In this document: piece after piece, positions 47,284 to 56,824 of the stretch
Numbering within the stretch: the stretch's first letter is position 1
Layout of the letters: each line of letters opens with the position of its first letter
Origin: a phage
Length of the DNA: 64,000 nucleotides
Direction: 5' to 3' (one strand)
Assembly (NCBI GenBank): GCA_025812035.1
Contig: GCA_025812035.1_4719.1
Position numbers and translations under genes: made by a program
Notes under the pieces: model-generated
The model's database searches: none
Told to the model about the DNA's origin: nothing
Seen by the model: the letters and a program-made list of their open reading frames with translations, nothing else

Positions 47284-48015
47284 TCACCATTCATACGATC
47301 CGGCGCACTGATGTCCCAACAGCACCAATGCGTCGTCTTTGGCGGCCAGGTATTTTTCCAACGTTATCCGTGAAACAGACACATTGGAGAAATCCATCAC
47401 ACCTAAGCGATGATCGTAATGGTTAATTTGCATCCGGTAATAACCTTTCTTTACCACCAAAAACTCACCCTGACGCAACCATAACGGAACGTTGTCCACC
47501 TCCGCATGGATATAAAACACCGGACATTCTGTCGTAACGGAGTTTTCCTTCCCATCACTATCCGTGATCTTCCCTTTGGGAACAGCCGCGATAAAACATT
47601 CTCCGATACGTTCGGTTTGATACCCGTTCGGATAGCATGGATCGTGAAATAGCCAATGCTCATCGCTGATATCAACATCGGATAACAGCGTACGATGTGG
47701 GCGTAAGGCGATGTCGAACGGAACACGATAGATAACGTATCCGCCTAACCAATGCGCTAAGTGGCCACCGGAATAGTACTGCTTGATTGCGGTACTGTAA
47801 CCGTATACACAACCCATCAAACTACTGGATACACAGATCCTTGGAAACGATCCATCCTCCATACGCAAGGTACGTTGAGGAATGCGCGGCATCATCGTTT
47901 TCAGTTCGGTATCGGTGCTAATATGCAATAAACCGAAAGGAAGCGTTTTACTCGGGACCCACGCGCAACGTTCCATAATCGCTCTTGGGACAATAGTCTC
48001 GATAGACGATAACAT
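47284..48015 (-). CDS. hypothetical protein
   Basis: ORF in track. Confidence 0.5.
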   Translation of the reverse strand: MLSSIETIVPRAIMERCAWVPSKTLPFGLLHISTDTELKTMMPRIPQRTLRMEDGSFPRICVSSSLMGCVYGYSTAIKQYYSGGHLAHWLGGYVIYRVPFDIALRPHRTLLSDVDISDEHWLFHDPCYPNGYQTERIGECFIAAVPKGKITDSDGKENSVTTECPVFYIHAEVDNVPLWLRQGEFLVVKKGYYRMQINHYDHRLGVMDFSNVSVSRITLEKYLAAKDDALVLLGHQCAGSYEW

Positions 48016-48016
48016 A

Positions 48017-48727
48017 TCACCCCCTCAGAATCGCTTCTGTTTCGCTGATCGTGTCCGCGGGATAAACCAAACTACTATCGATTGCATTGTTCACGTAACC
48101 ACCCATCAGGTTGGTGATGGTGTTTGTGCCGCTATCGATAATGTTTCGTAATCCGATGTCGATGGCTTTTAACGTGCTGCGTTCTTCATCTGAAAGCAGA
48201 CGCCACGCCCGACGGCGATCGTTGGGGTCACGCGTGGTGATAGAAGCCAGAACAGAATAGATACTGCTATCCGCATTCAATTTAACACCGGCCAATTTCG
48301 CCGATGTGTAGAGCAGCTGATATTTTTCTTTTTCAGTATACCACCATGGCACTTTACCGAGTGTATAGATCTCGTTATACATCAGCCATGGGAAAGAGTT
48401 TCGCATCACGACATCGGTCGACACCAACACCGTGTCACCAGGAAGAAATACGAACTCGTAAAACGGCTGACCATCCATGGTAATTTCACGGATGTCAGAC
48501 GGGTCGATATGGAGCTGGGTCAATGCGTGGCTGACACCATACTGACCATCAGGAAGAATAATCGGGCAGCACGCACAAACCCGGTTCTCACTCCCAATGA
48601 TAGATAAACCCAATCCCTCGTAACGGACGGGCGTCAGAATCGAACACCCGCCACGAGTAACAACAGATTTATCTTCTTGTATGTCCCAGTCCGCAAGCAC
48701 CGCAGCACCGTTGCGGACAAGCGCCAT
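48017..48727 (-). CDS. hypothetical protein
   Basis: ORF in track; abuts neighbours. Confidence 0.5.
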   Translation of the reverse strand: MALVRNGAAVLADWDIQEDKSVVTRGGCSILTPVRYEGLGLSIIGSENRVCACCPIILPDGQYGVSHALTQLHIDPSDIREITMDGQPFYEFVFLPGDTVLVSTDVVMRNSFPWLMYNEIYTLGKVPWWYTEKEKYQLLYTSAKLAGVKLNADSSIYSVLASITTRDPNDRRRAWRLLSDEERSTLKAIDIGLRNIIDSGTNTITNLMGGYVNNAIDSSLVYPADTISETEAILRG

Positions 48728-50251
48728 TTACACCTCGCTAATCTGGATAACGTAAAGCTGCTGGGCCACGTAATCGGTGGTCAGATGCATTGTTGCGATG
48801 GTTGCTGCTTCGAATACCGTAAGTTCAGGACGTTCACGCATAATCAAATCGATTTCATCGATGAGACGGTTAACACCTTGAGCGTCTTCATGATGCATCG
48901 TTTTCACGTAGAGCGTACGGAAATACTGCTGGAAATTAGCTACGTCGGTATCGGTAAGGTTAGCAACTTCACCACGCACAATTTCCATGACCTTCTTACG
49001 GGCATCTTCGTCGAGGTCGACCGTAATCAGATCAGCGAACACACCCTGCAATGCCAGCGCGTATGCACGTAAGCGGTTTGCGGCCTGCTGACTGGCTTTC
49101 ATGTTGATGTAGTTACGGTAATGCTGCATGAAGCCTGCACCGTTAGCCAGCAGTTCATCTTTACTGATGAGTTCACGCTCTAACAGAACGGCTGCGGTTA
49201 ATGCTTCCGGTGAACCACCTTCTTGCAGATAACCCATGTAAACATCCGCGTTAACGAAAATCGTCATCGTTGACGCATCTTCAGCACGTTGAATCTGAGA
49301 AGCTGACGGCGCAGAAAGAATCAGCTCGCCACGCTCCATACGCAAGATACGATCACGACCGACGCGCGCCATCCCGTTGATCGCCGCAGCGCGAGCTTGT
49401 TGCATTTTAGCGCGGTAGTTTTCAAGCATCATGTCGTTGCCGTCCTGGATATCTTCCAGCAGGTTAACGGCCCACATATAGCAGAGGAATGCAGGAGTTG
49501 CCGCAGCGCGCGAACCATGGAATGCAACGTTATCGCTATCTGGGTACGTAATCAGATAAGCGGTGATGTTCGAAGAAGGGGCGGAACCACGGAAGAAAAG
49601 GTTGTAAATGTCTTCCAGTGCCTGATCGCTCATCCCTTCCGTTGCTTGCTGTACAAAACGATCCAGGTTTTCATTACCGGTATACAGCAACGTACGCAGC
49701 TTGTCACCAGTGATAAATGCAAGCTTTTCGGTTGGGGTGAAATCGTTATTAATCGAAATCAAGCCATTGAGATCATAATCGCTAACTAATGCCTGATATT
49801 CTTCGGAGTTATAAAACTCAGGATAGTAACTCAGGCTTACCGTCGGGATCAGTTTCGGTGCCAGGATGATCGAATCGATACGTTTTTCCAGTTCCGGGTA
49901 CAGCGCACGGCATTTCGGCAGGATGGTATTACGCGCCAACTCTTTGGCATACACCACTTTTTCCACCACGTCTTGAACTGCGGTCTGTAAAACTTCATCG
50001 TGGATATAAACCTCGCGTTCGCTGGCAGGTGCTACAGCGCCATCTTCGGTTTCATCAAGTGTTTCAGCAACAACCATACGTTCAGCACTGAGCTGCACCA
50101 ACGCATCAGCGTCTTCTGGTGGTTGGTTCCAATGCATGGTTTCACAAACTGCGGCTAACGGAGTGCCTGGAATCGCAGCAACGATTTGATTACGTTTGAT
50201 AAACCCTTCAACAATAGGCTCAACGGCATAAACAGTTTTATTGGTGATCAT
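48728..50251 (-). CDS. hypothetical protein (507 aa)
   Basis: ORF in track. Confidence 0.55.
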   Translation of the reverse strand: MITNKTVYAVEPIVEGFIKRNQIVAAIPGTPLAAVCETMHWNQPPEDADALVQLSAERMVVAETLDETEDGAVAPASEREVYIHDEVLQTAVQDVVEKVVYAKELARNTILPKCRALYPELEKRIDSIILAPKLIPTVSLSYYPEFYNSEEYQALVSDYDLNGLISINNDFTPTEKLAFITGDKLRTLLYTGNENLDRFVQQATEGMSDQALEDIYNLFFRGSAPSSNITAYLITYPDSDNVAFHGSRAAATPAFLCYMWAVNLLEDIQDGNDMMLENYRAKMQQARAAAINGMARVGRDRILRMERGELILSAPSASQIQRAEDASTMTIFVNADVYMGYLQEGGSPEALTAAVLLERELISKDELLANGAGFMQHYRNYINMKASQQAANRLRAYALALQGVFADLITVDLDEDARKKVMEIVRGEVANLTDTDVANFQQYFRTLYVKTMHHEDAQGVNRLIDEIDLIMRERPELTVFEAATIATMHLTTDYVAQQLYVIQISEV

Positions 50252-50484
50252 TACTGCGCTCCCTCCAACGCATTACTACCTACGGGTTCTTTGGTTTCCA
50301 AACGGCTGTTTAAACGCGCAGCAACCGCATCTTCCAGCCCCAACGGCATAACCTTTTTGTTCACGTCAGGATCGGCAGCATCATTACCAACGGTTTGACG
50401 TACGACCTCAGCAACCAACGTTACCGCGTTCGTCAGCGCAACAAAGCTCGCTGCTCGAGCCGTGTTAAGTTGTTCTTGGTTCAT
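50251..50484 (-). CDS. hypothetical small protein
   Basis: ORF in track; stop overlaps next start. Confidence 0.4.
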   Translation of the reverse strand: MNQEQLNTARAASFVALTNAVTLVAEVVRQTVGNDAADPDVNKKVMPLGLEDAVAARLNSRLETKEPVGSNALEGAQ

Positions 50485-50559
50485 TCACTTTTCCTTTTAA
50501 TGTCAGAGCATCGCATTCTTGACATACGTCAAGAAGGTACTGCGTTCAGCGAAATAAAC

Positions 50560-50585
50560 GAGCAGGGGCATGAAGCCCCCTGCTC
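50560..50585 (-). terminator. intrinsic terminator-like hairpin after the beta-like RNAP gene
   Basis: GAGCAGGGG-loop-CCCCTGCTC then CGUUUAUUUCG on coding strand. Confidence 0.5.
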
Positions 50586-53500
50586 TTATTTAGCGTCGTT
50601 AAAATAAATATCAACAGCTCGTTCCGTTGCGTAGAGGAGACCAAGGTTCACAGTCCCAACCACTTCCGGCGAAGCGATGATACGGTTAGCGATACTGGTG
50701 CCACTGAAGATAGCATCAAGGGTGTGCCCGTCTTCGGTTTTGTTCACACCATGACCCACGGAAGAGACAACGGATTTCGCTTGTGCTGCGAAGGTACCCT
50801 TATCACCCATCCCCGCACCAAGGTCGTAACGCATGAAAATACGGATGGCGATCTGGTTCTCGCCTAACGGATTACCGTCTATTCTCACGTTACTGTTGTT
50901 GATACGCCCCGTCGTTGCTTCATTGAGTTTCAGTTCCTTGACGCGTTTAGCTCGCGCTTTATCCGCATCGCCGACGAGCGCCGCCATGGTTTCACTCATA
51001 TCCTCAATCTGAGCGCGGTACAGCACATCGATCTGTACAACTTCACCATGAACGTCAGCACGTGGGTTATACTGACTCATACGACGTAATGCTTCAACAG
51101 CTTCCTGACTCTCATCACTCAGATCGGTTGCGATCGGTTCTTCCAGTGTTGCAAGAATCGTTCGAGGTTCAACATGATCGCCGATTTTTACGAGACCACG
51201 AATGTTGAGATGGGCGTCAACAATGAGCGTACGGCTCTTAATCGATGGTGTTACGAGACGATCGGCAAGATTGTCGAAGATATACGAACTGTCCTCGTGC
51301 GTCTCTGGAATATCCAGAATACCGACAAGAGACAGGACGCCTGCGCGCCAAACAACCTGACCTGGGTTCCACCAATCGCGTTTAAAATAAAGACGATGGA
51401 AAACCACCACGTCCTGATCCTTAACGCGATCCCCAACTTTATAATCGGTAATGAGGTCGTGAGGATAATACTTACCTGGTCCTTTCCCGATTATCGTACC
51501 GAGTTGGAAAACCTCTTCTCCTAACTCTGGATCGTCGTATTGTACCGTAAGCGCAGTTTTGGTGACCTTCTTAACAACACCATCGCCTTGGGCAGCTGCG
51601 GCGAAGAGTTTACCGACACGATGCGCGATAACAGTCTCGCCACCCGTACGCCATGGTTGTACATCGTAACCTTCAGCAGCAATCATGCGGTTGTGTTGGA
51701 TCCCGACGAAGACCAGACGTTTTCCATCGTCACGGTCTACAGCCGGAACAGCTAACGCCGATGTACTCATTACCGATGAGATGCCGTCTGTCTTTTCATC
51801 GAATGGTCGTGTTTCACCATATACAGACACGATATTAGCATTAGGTGCCAGATAGGCAGAAATACCTACATCCCCGCTATCCTTCGTACCTTCTGATACA
51901 ATACCGACATCTGACTTATCGTATTCACGATCGCGTGCGCGGCGAAGCGATGTCTTTGAGCGACCCCCGATACCGGTCATCGTTGCTTCTTCACCCTGCT
52001 TGATATCCAGCATCGGGTTGGTTTCATCGATCACGATGGACGCGCTGTCGTCGAGAATTTGGTTCCAGACACTCACTGGACTGATTGAGATTTTCTGTCG
52101 GTTTCCTTGACTGCTGTTCTCGTTTTGACGAATAGCACCAACCAGGTCCTTATACACCAGCTCAGCGAACTTATCGTACGTTTTAAAACGTTGGTAGTTC
52201 ACATCGTTCGTGTTAGGTGCCCAATCATCCAGAAGCAGTTCAACAGCACGCAGCAACAACATGGCGAAATCGGTAGGTTCTCCCATGTTCTGTAATAGCG
52301 TACGGCTTACCGGATCGACGAAAAGACGCTCCATGAGTTCAAGTTCGCGTAAATGGCGAACCTTAAGTCCAGCACCATCGACAACGTTAAAATAGATATC
52401 TCGATTGTCAAAAGCACCGCGAGCGTAACCGATGTAGTTACGGTATTCGTTAAACCCACCCATCAACAACGTCGTCATGCGATCGTCTTTACTGAAGATC
52501 AAACTTTCGTCGTCGAAGCTCACCGCGAACTCGTCTGATGCTAAACCCATACGAGAGCCACGAGGAACAGTACGATAATTCGCTTTAAGATGTTCTAATA
52601 ACGGGGTAAGCCCACCCAGATAACTTAGAACAACGCCAACCGGAATACGTACGCCCATGAATTCAAGATCGGCAGCTTCGATTGGCATCTTAGCCGCATT
52701 GATGCCGAAGAAATCAGGGAACGTCCCTACAGGTGTTGGTGTTTGTCCTGACTGACAGATATAGAGCTGGTTGCGTTCATCGATCGCTAAGAATTCGCCC
52801 GACGTATTACGCGCGAACGTCAGGAGTCCTTCGGCTAACTGTTCGTTGAACCGATCTTCCCCAATGAACTCCGGTAACGTTTTTATATCGAGACGTATAT
52901 CCCAATCAGCGAATTGGATTTGGGTATAATTGCGCGCAAGCACGGCGAAGTAATACGGGACTTTGACAGCCGGATCAAAGACGTTACCACGTTTTAACGT
53001 TGTTAAGGGCGAGGACTTATCGTAATACATCGCCGTAAGTTGACGTGTTAGCCAACGACCAGCGTTATTAACGACGCGCTCTGAACGTTTAACGAACACC
53101 TTACCGTAGGCGGTACTCAACGCAACTTCGGATGACGATACCTTTCTAATAGGTTTATCAACGCGCTGTTTACGCATCCGGTACTTGATACCGTTAACAA
53201 CATAAATGCCATCCTTACGAACCTTCGGCAACATCACCGGGAACGTGGTTGGGACACCGCCTACAGGAGCCAGTTTAATCGTGATGACTTGATAATCCCC
53301 CATCACGTCAACAACATCTTCAACTTTATATCCCGTAACAGGGTAACCTGCTTGCTGTACCGCAACAACGGCAGCTGCGATGTCCTTTTGCATTACATGT
53401 TCAACGTAATGTTTATCCCACACCGCGAGCGTTGATTTACATAAGCTCTTATCAACGATAACATCCGCTTCCGGCATAACCTTTGCGGGAGCTAGTTTCG

Positions 53501-54932
53501 CGGCTTTTGGTTTAACTTCAACATATTCAGCGAGCGTTAATCCAGAACCGTCAGGTGCTTCGATTTCGTGGATGGCGTCAGCATTACGCATCGCTGCTTT
53601 ATATTGGACGCCACTTAACTGACCTGCATCCGCCAGATCGCTCGCACGCACCAACACCGCATCCGATAACGACTGAATATACTCACCATGTGTTTTTGGT
53701 AACGTTGCTGCGTCAAAGACATCAACCTTTTCTTCGGCGGTATCGTCGGGGACGACTTCGAAGAGATCGTCGGTAATGTCCTGATCTTCATCAGGTTGGA
53801 AATCCGGTTGTACTTCTACCCCAGGTACTTCACGAACATCTTCAAACGTGCGCTCTACGATTGCGTTCCACGCATCAGCATCATCGTCTTCATCCGACCC
53901 ACCGACCAACTCCGCTTCTAACTCATCGGGGTCAAGAACAGTGGCCAGATCCTCACCGTTAGGAAGCACGACATCGCGATCATCGTACTCCGCATCCGGG
54001 CTGTCCGCAAGAATATCTCGCTCTTGACGAAGAACCTGTTCCTCTTCTTGTTTCTGTTCTTCTTCATTCGCGCTCTGCGACCACAGACGTGTTACCGCCA
54101 TCATCCAACGACGCTGGAAGGTTTCAAGTGTCGTTTTATCGAGTTCTTCCCCTTCCTTTACGAGCCCGGTACGCCATTCCTCCAGCAGACCGAGATTCAG
54201 CGTAAAGAAGTACACACCGTCTGTAAATACAACGTTAAGCTTATCCAGCGTGGCTCTGTCTAACGAAGCCATCGTGCTGTTCTCACGATCGGTTCCCAAC
54301 CAGCGGAAGAAGTCAAAGAACGACAGCTCCTCCGGTGTGGCGAAATTCATGAGGTTGTTACGGGTCGGTGCCTGTTGCGTGGTACGCATCAACGAAATCT
54401 TCGGCAATGTTGACGGTATACGGAACAACAAAAAGTGTTGACGATCGCTTTGCTGGGCGATTTCGTTGGCTTTCGACCAAATTGTTTTACGTACGTTGAA
54501 CCACTCATCGTACCAACGGGTGAGCGTTGGACGATAGATGTACATGTGGTTAAGATGCGCGTAGTTAGCAACGATCTGCGCGTTGATGTTTTTCTCCACC
54601 GTGCTTAGATCGGTAACCAAACGAAAACGACGATGTGATGCACGATAATCCAATTTCGCTCGTGGAAGTTGGAATCGTTGATCGCGTCGAGGTGCGCCCT
54701 GTTTGGTTGCGAGATCATCAGCAAACGAAATCCATAGTTGAGCATTTTCTTTACTCAGCATGTATTCGTTTTCTGGAGGACCTATCAATGATGGATCCGT
54801 TGCGGTGTAATGATAGACAGCATAACGCGGCAGCTGCAATAGCTGCACTAAACGTAATCTCGGTGACAATAGCTCTTGGTATCGTCTGACGCCAAACTGT
54901 CGGTAGTAATCAAGGTATTTAAGTTTTGCCAT
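50586..54932 (-). CDS. multisubunit RNA polymerase beta-like subunit (large, divergent; likely virion RNAP component)
   Basis: C-terminal region IAIRIFMRYDLGAGMGDKGTFAAQAKSVVSSV...EDGHTLDAIFSGTSIANRII parallels beta-subunit [30 protein letters not shown]...[26 protein letters not shown]; ORF ends before the RFGEME region; hairpin plus U-tract after the stop. Confidence 0.6.
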   Translation of the reverse strand: MAKLKYLDYYRQFGVRRYQELLSPRLRLVQLLQLPRYAVYHYTATDPSLIGPPENEYMLSKENAQLWISFADDLATKQGAPRRDQRFQLPRAKLDYRASHRRFRLVTDLSTVEKNINAQIVANYAHLNHMYIYRPTLTRWYDEWFNVRKTIWSKANEIAQQSDRQHFLLFRIPSTLPKISLMRTTQQAPTRNNLMNFATPEELSFFDFFRWLGTDRENSTMASLDRATLDKLNVVFTDGVYFFTLNLGLLEEWRTGLVKEGEELDKTTLETFQRRWMMAVTRLWSQSANEEEQKQEEEQVLRQERDILADSPDAEYDDRDVVLPNGEDLATVLDPDELEAELVGGSDEDDDADAWNAIVERTFEDVREVPGVEVQPDFQPDEDQDITDDLFEVVPDDTAEEKVDVFDAATLPKTHGEYIQSLSDAVLVRASDLADAGQLSGVQYKAAMRNADAIHEIEAPDGSGLTLAEYVEVKPKAAKLAPAKVMPEADVIVDKSLCKSTLAVWDKHYVEHVMQKDIAAAVVAVQQAGYPVTGYKVEDVVDVMGDYQVITIKLAPVGGVPTTFPVMLPKVRKDGIYVVNGIKYRMRKQRVDKPIRKVSSSEVALSTAYGKVFVKRSERVVNNAGRWLTRQLTAMYYDKSSPLTTLKRGNVFDPAVKVPYYFAVLARNYTQIQFADWDIRLDIKTLPEFIGEDRFNEQLAEGLLTFARNTSGEFLAIDERNQLYICQSGQTPTPVGTFPDFFGINAAKMPIEAADLEFMGVRIPVGVVLSYLGGLTPLLEHLKANYRTVPRGSRMGLASDEFAVSFDDESLIFSKDDRMTTLLMGGFNEYRNYIGYARGAFDNRDIYFNVVDGAGLKVRHLRELELMERLFVDPVSRTLLQNMGEPTDFAMLLLRAVELLLDDWAPNTNDVNYQRFKTYDKFAELVYKDLVGAIRQNENSSQGNRQKISISPVSVWNQILDDSASIVIDETNPMLDIKQGEEATMTGIGGRSKTSLRRARDREYDKSDVGIVSEGTKDSGDVGISAYLAPNANIVSVYGETRPFDEKTDGISSVMSTSALAVPAVDRDDGKRLVFVGIQHNRMIAAEGYDVQPWRTGGETVIAHRVGKLFAAAAQGDGVVKKVTKTALTVQYDDPELGEEVFQLGTIIGKGPGKYYPHDLITDYKVGDRVKDQDVVVFHRLYFKRDWWNPGQVVWRAGVLSLVGILDIPETHEDSSYIFDNLADRLVTPSIKSRTLIVDAHLNIRGLVKIGDHVEPRTILATLEEPIATDLSDESQEAVEALRRMSQYNPRADVHGEVVQIDVLYRAQIEDMSETMAALVGDADKARAKRVKELKLNEATTGRINNSNVRIDGNPLGENQIAIRIFMRYDLGAGMGDKGTFAAQAKSVVSSVGHGVNKTEDGHTLDAIFSGTSIANRIIASPEVVGTVNLGLLYATERAVDIYFNDAK

Positions 54933-54935
54933 GGG

Positions 54936-56582
54936 TTAGGCTCCACGAGGTCCCGTTAAGTTGCGTAATAGGAACGCAACCGTATCGTAACCAATATCGA
55001 TGTTGAATTTATTTTTACCACTTACCCAGAAAGCACGTTTCTTGTGCGAGTTGGTAATTTCGTCAATGGCTTCCATGGAATAAAGAACGTTAACCGAGAC
55101 CGTATCGCCATCAAAGTCCCCACCAAGTCCGGCGAGGTACGGGGCTGGAACAATAGTCGTTTCTACGAACGAAGCATTAGGTAACCAATCTGGGTATTCC
55201 CATGCGATAAATCGCTCATCCGTTATTGGTTCCCAGTTACTATCCAGTTCGGTTTTCGGTTTTGCTGCAACGGTCGTACGCGCATAACAGGTTAACGGAA
55301 TGACGGATTGCATACCCGATACCGGATAACGTGTTACCATCGCTGCCAGGTTATTCCAGTATTTATATCCAGCAATATAGATAAGCTCAGTATACGTAAT
55401 GGGGTGAACATCCGCCCCGGGTTTGTTAAGCATCTCTGGGGGTAATTCACTCATACCACGGAATAACCGAAACGAATCATTATTCACATAGACCAGGCAG
55501 AGATAACGTCCATTGACCATGATAGGTTCGTTACGCACACCTGGATCGCTTAAGGTGTTCAGTAAACGTTCTATCCCATCCCATGTTGTAAAGTCATCGA
55601 TGGTGTCTGGATCAAGCGTGACGCGTTCACGTTCCATCGTTTCGGTATCAATAAGTTCAACTTCTGTAACATCACGGACAAATATTTCCTGCAAAATCCC
55701 CGTACGTAACGCATGTTGCGTTACTGGGAGAGCAGCTTTACTCATCTGGTATAACCCTAACTGAACTGCAGTACAGGAAGGCTGGTTAGGCGACCCTAGT
55801 ACCTCCGTTGTGGGGTTAATTGCTGAAATAACGTTACGGGTTGAGTTCCAAACACGACGTGAGCCGAACTTACCTTGGAAGATCCCTTTCTTACCTTGGA
55901 ACATATCCAACAACAAAGCGTAGATGTCGTTAAATGTTCTCTGTAAGCTCCAGCGCTGACCGTCGTAAACGGGATCCGAATAATCTTTTAATCCATCCGG
56001 GACGGTGTTAGAAATTGCCAGGAAACGACGATACAACTCTGTGATTTCTTGCTCGCTTTCATACCCGCCTTCTTTTACTTCTATTTCACGTAAACCCGCA
56101 GGTAAAACCAGTAGATGACGAGTCATCGCTTTGAACATGTTCTCTTCGACAACCTTGATTCGTAGCTCTCGTTGAGCTGAACCCGTTGAAACGAACTTGA
56201 TATCAGCGACGTGTTGTGCAAAGAACCCGTATCCTGTTTGTCCTGTTAGCGCATCGGACGCAACGAAGTCACGTTGTTCAGGATCCCAACGCGCGTACGC
56301 CTTCCCCGACATGATATCACCGTAGAGGTGTTTTAGTCGAATGAGACGATCGTAGATGACAGGGTGTAGGATTTCAACTTTGCATTCAATCACCGCAAAT
56401 CGACGGTCTCGATCTTCGCTACCCGCACTACCAAAGATGGTGTATGAATAGAAACCGTCATCGTGGAAATTACCGGTGCTTGGATCACGAATGCTCATGC
56501 TCGTGATCTTGGGGAGAAAACGTAACTGCTGTTTATCGAGGTGTAAAATGCTAATATTAAACGGCTCTCTGACTTTAGCCAT
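54936..56582 (-). CDS. multisubunit RNA polymerase beta-prime N-terminal-like subunit without zinc ribbon (start trimmed to MAKVREPF)
   Basis: RRFAVIECKVEILHPVIY (compare beta-prime RMGHIELAAPVAHIW), GKKGIFQGKFGSRRVWNSTRNVISAINP (compare [27 protein letters not shown]) and intact GGDFDGDTVSVN catalytic motif; GAGGAG 8 nt before ATG at 56582. Confidence 0.65.
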   Translation of the reverse strand: MAKVREPFNISILHLDKQQLRFLPKITSMSIRDPSTGNFHDDGFYSYTIFGSAGSEDRDRRFAVIECKVEILHPVIYDRLIRLKHLYGDIMSGKAYARWDPEQRDFVASDALTGQTGYGFFAQHVADIKFVSTGSAQRELRIKVVEENMFKAMTRHLLVLPAGLREIEVKEGGYESEQEITELYRRFLAISNTVPDGLKDYSDPVYDGQRWSLQRTFNDIYALLLDMFQGKKGIFQGKFGSRRVWNSTRNVISAINPTTEVLGSPNQPSCTAVQLGLYQMSKAALPVTQHALRTGILQEIFVRDVTEVELIDTETMERERVTLDPDTIDDFTTWDGIERLLNTLSDPGVRNEPIMVNGRYLCLVYVNNDSFRLFRGMSELPPEMLNKPGADVHPITYTELIYIAGYKYWNNLAAMVTRYPVSGMQSVIPLTCYARTTVAAKPKTELDSNWEPITDERFIAWEYPDWLPNASFVETTIVPAPYLAGLGGDFDGDTVSVNVLYSMEAIDEITNSHKKRAFWVSGKNKFNIDIGYDTVAFLLRNLTGPRGA

Positions 56583-56702
56583 GGAGACACTCCTCTTTAC
56601 CACCACCGGCGGCGGTATCATCTGAACACACGAGAGACGTAATGGGTGATGGCGTCACCCATCGCTTCCTTGCTTGAGGCGAGGAAGTTATTAGGTTACG
56701 TA

Positions 56703-56725
56703 CCTGTTTGATAAAATCAAACAGG
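56703..56725. promoter_or_regulatory. perfect 10-bp-arm palindrome in divergent intergenic region
   Basis: CCTGTTTGAT-AAA-ATCAAACAGG between the beta-prime-like gene (start 56582) and the giant gene (start 56825). Confidence 0.4.
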
Positions 56726-56824
56726 CGATGTGTGAAGTTACGCTTCAACATTATCAATGCCGAAGGTAAACTTCGTGCATCACGTTCCAACGTAACATGG
56801 GAACGTATCGAACTGGAGGTATAC

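Noticed and set aside
50518-50533. CTTGACATACGTCAAG palindrome containing TTGACA as a possible host promoter -35
   Set aside because: No -10 element at 16-18 nt spacing on either strand; kept only as an unexplained short palindrome.
56583-56621. 13-codon N-terminal extension of the beta-prime-like ORF
   Set aside because: Internal ATG at 56582 has GAGGAG at ideal spacing; the extension has none.
56708-56824. TTG-initiated N-terminal extension of the giant ORF as given in the track
   Set aside because: No Shine-Dalgarno; the start lies inside the palindrome; the first in-frame ATG at 56825 has GGAGG 8 nt upstream.
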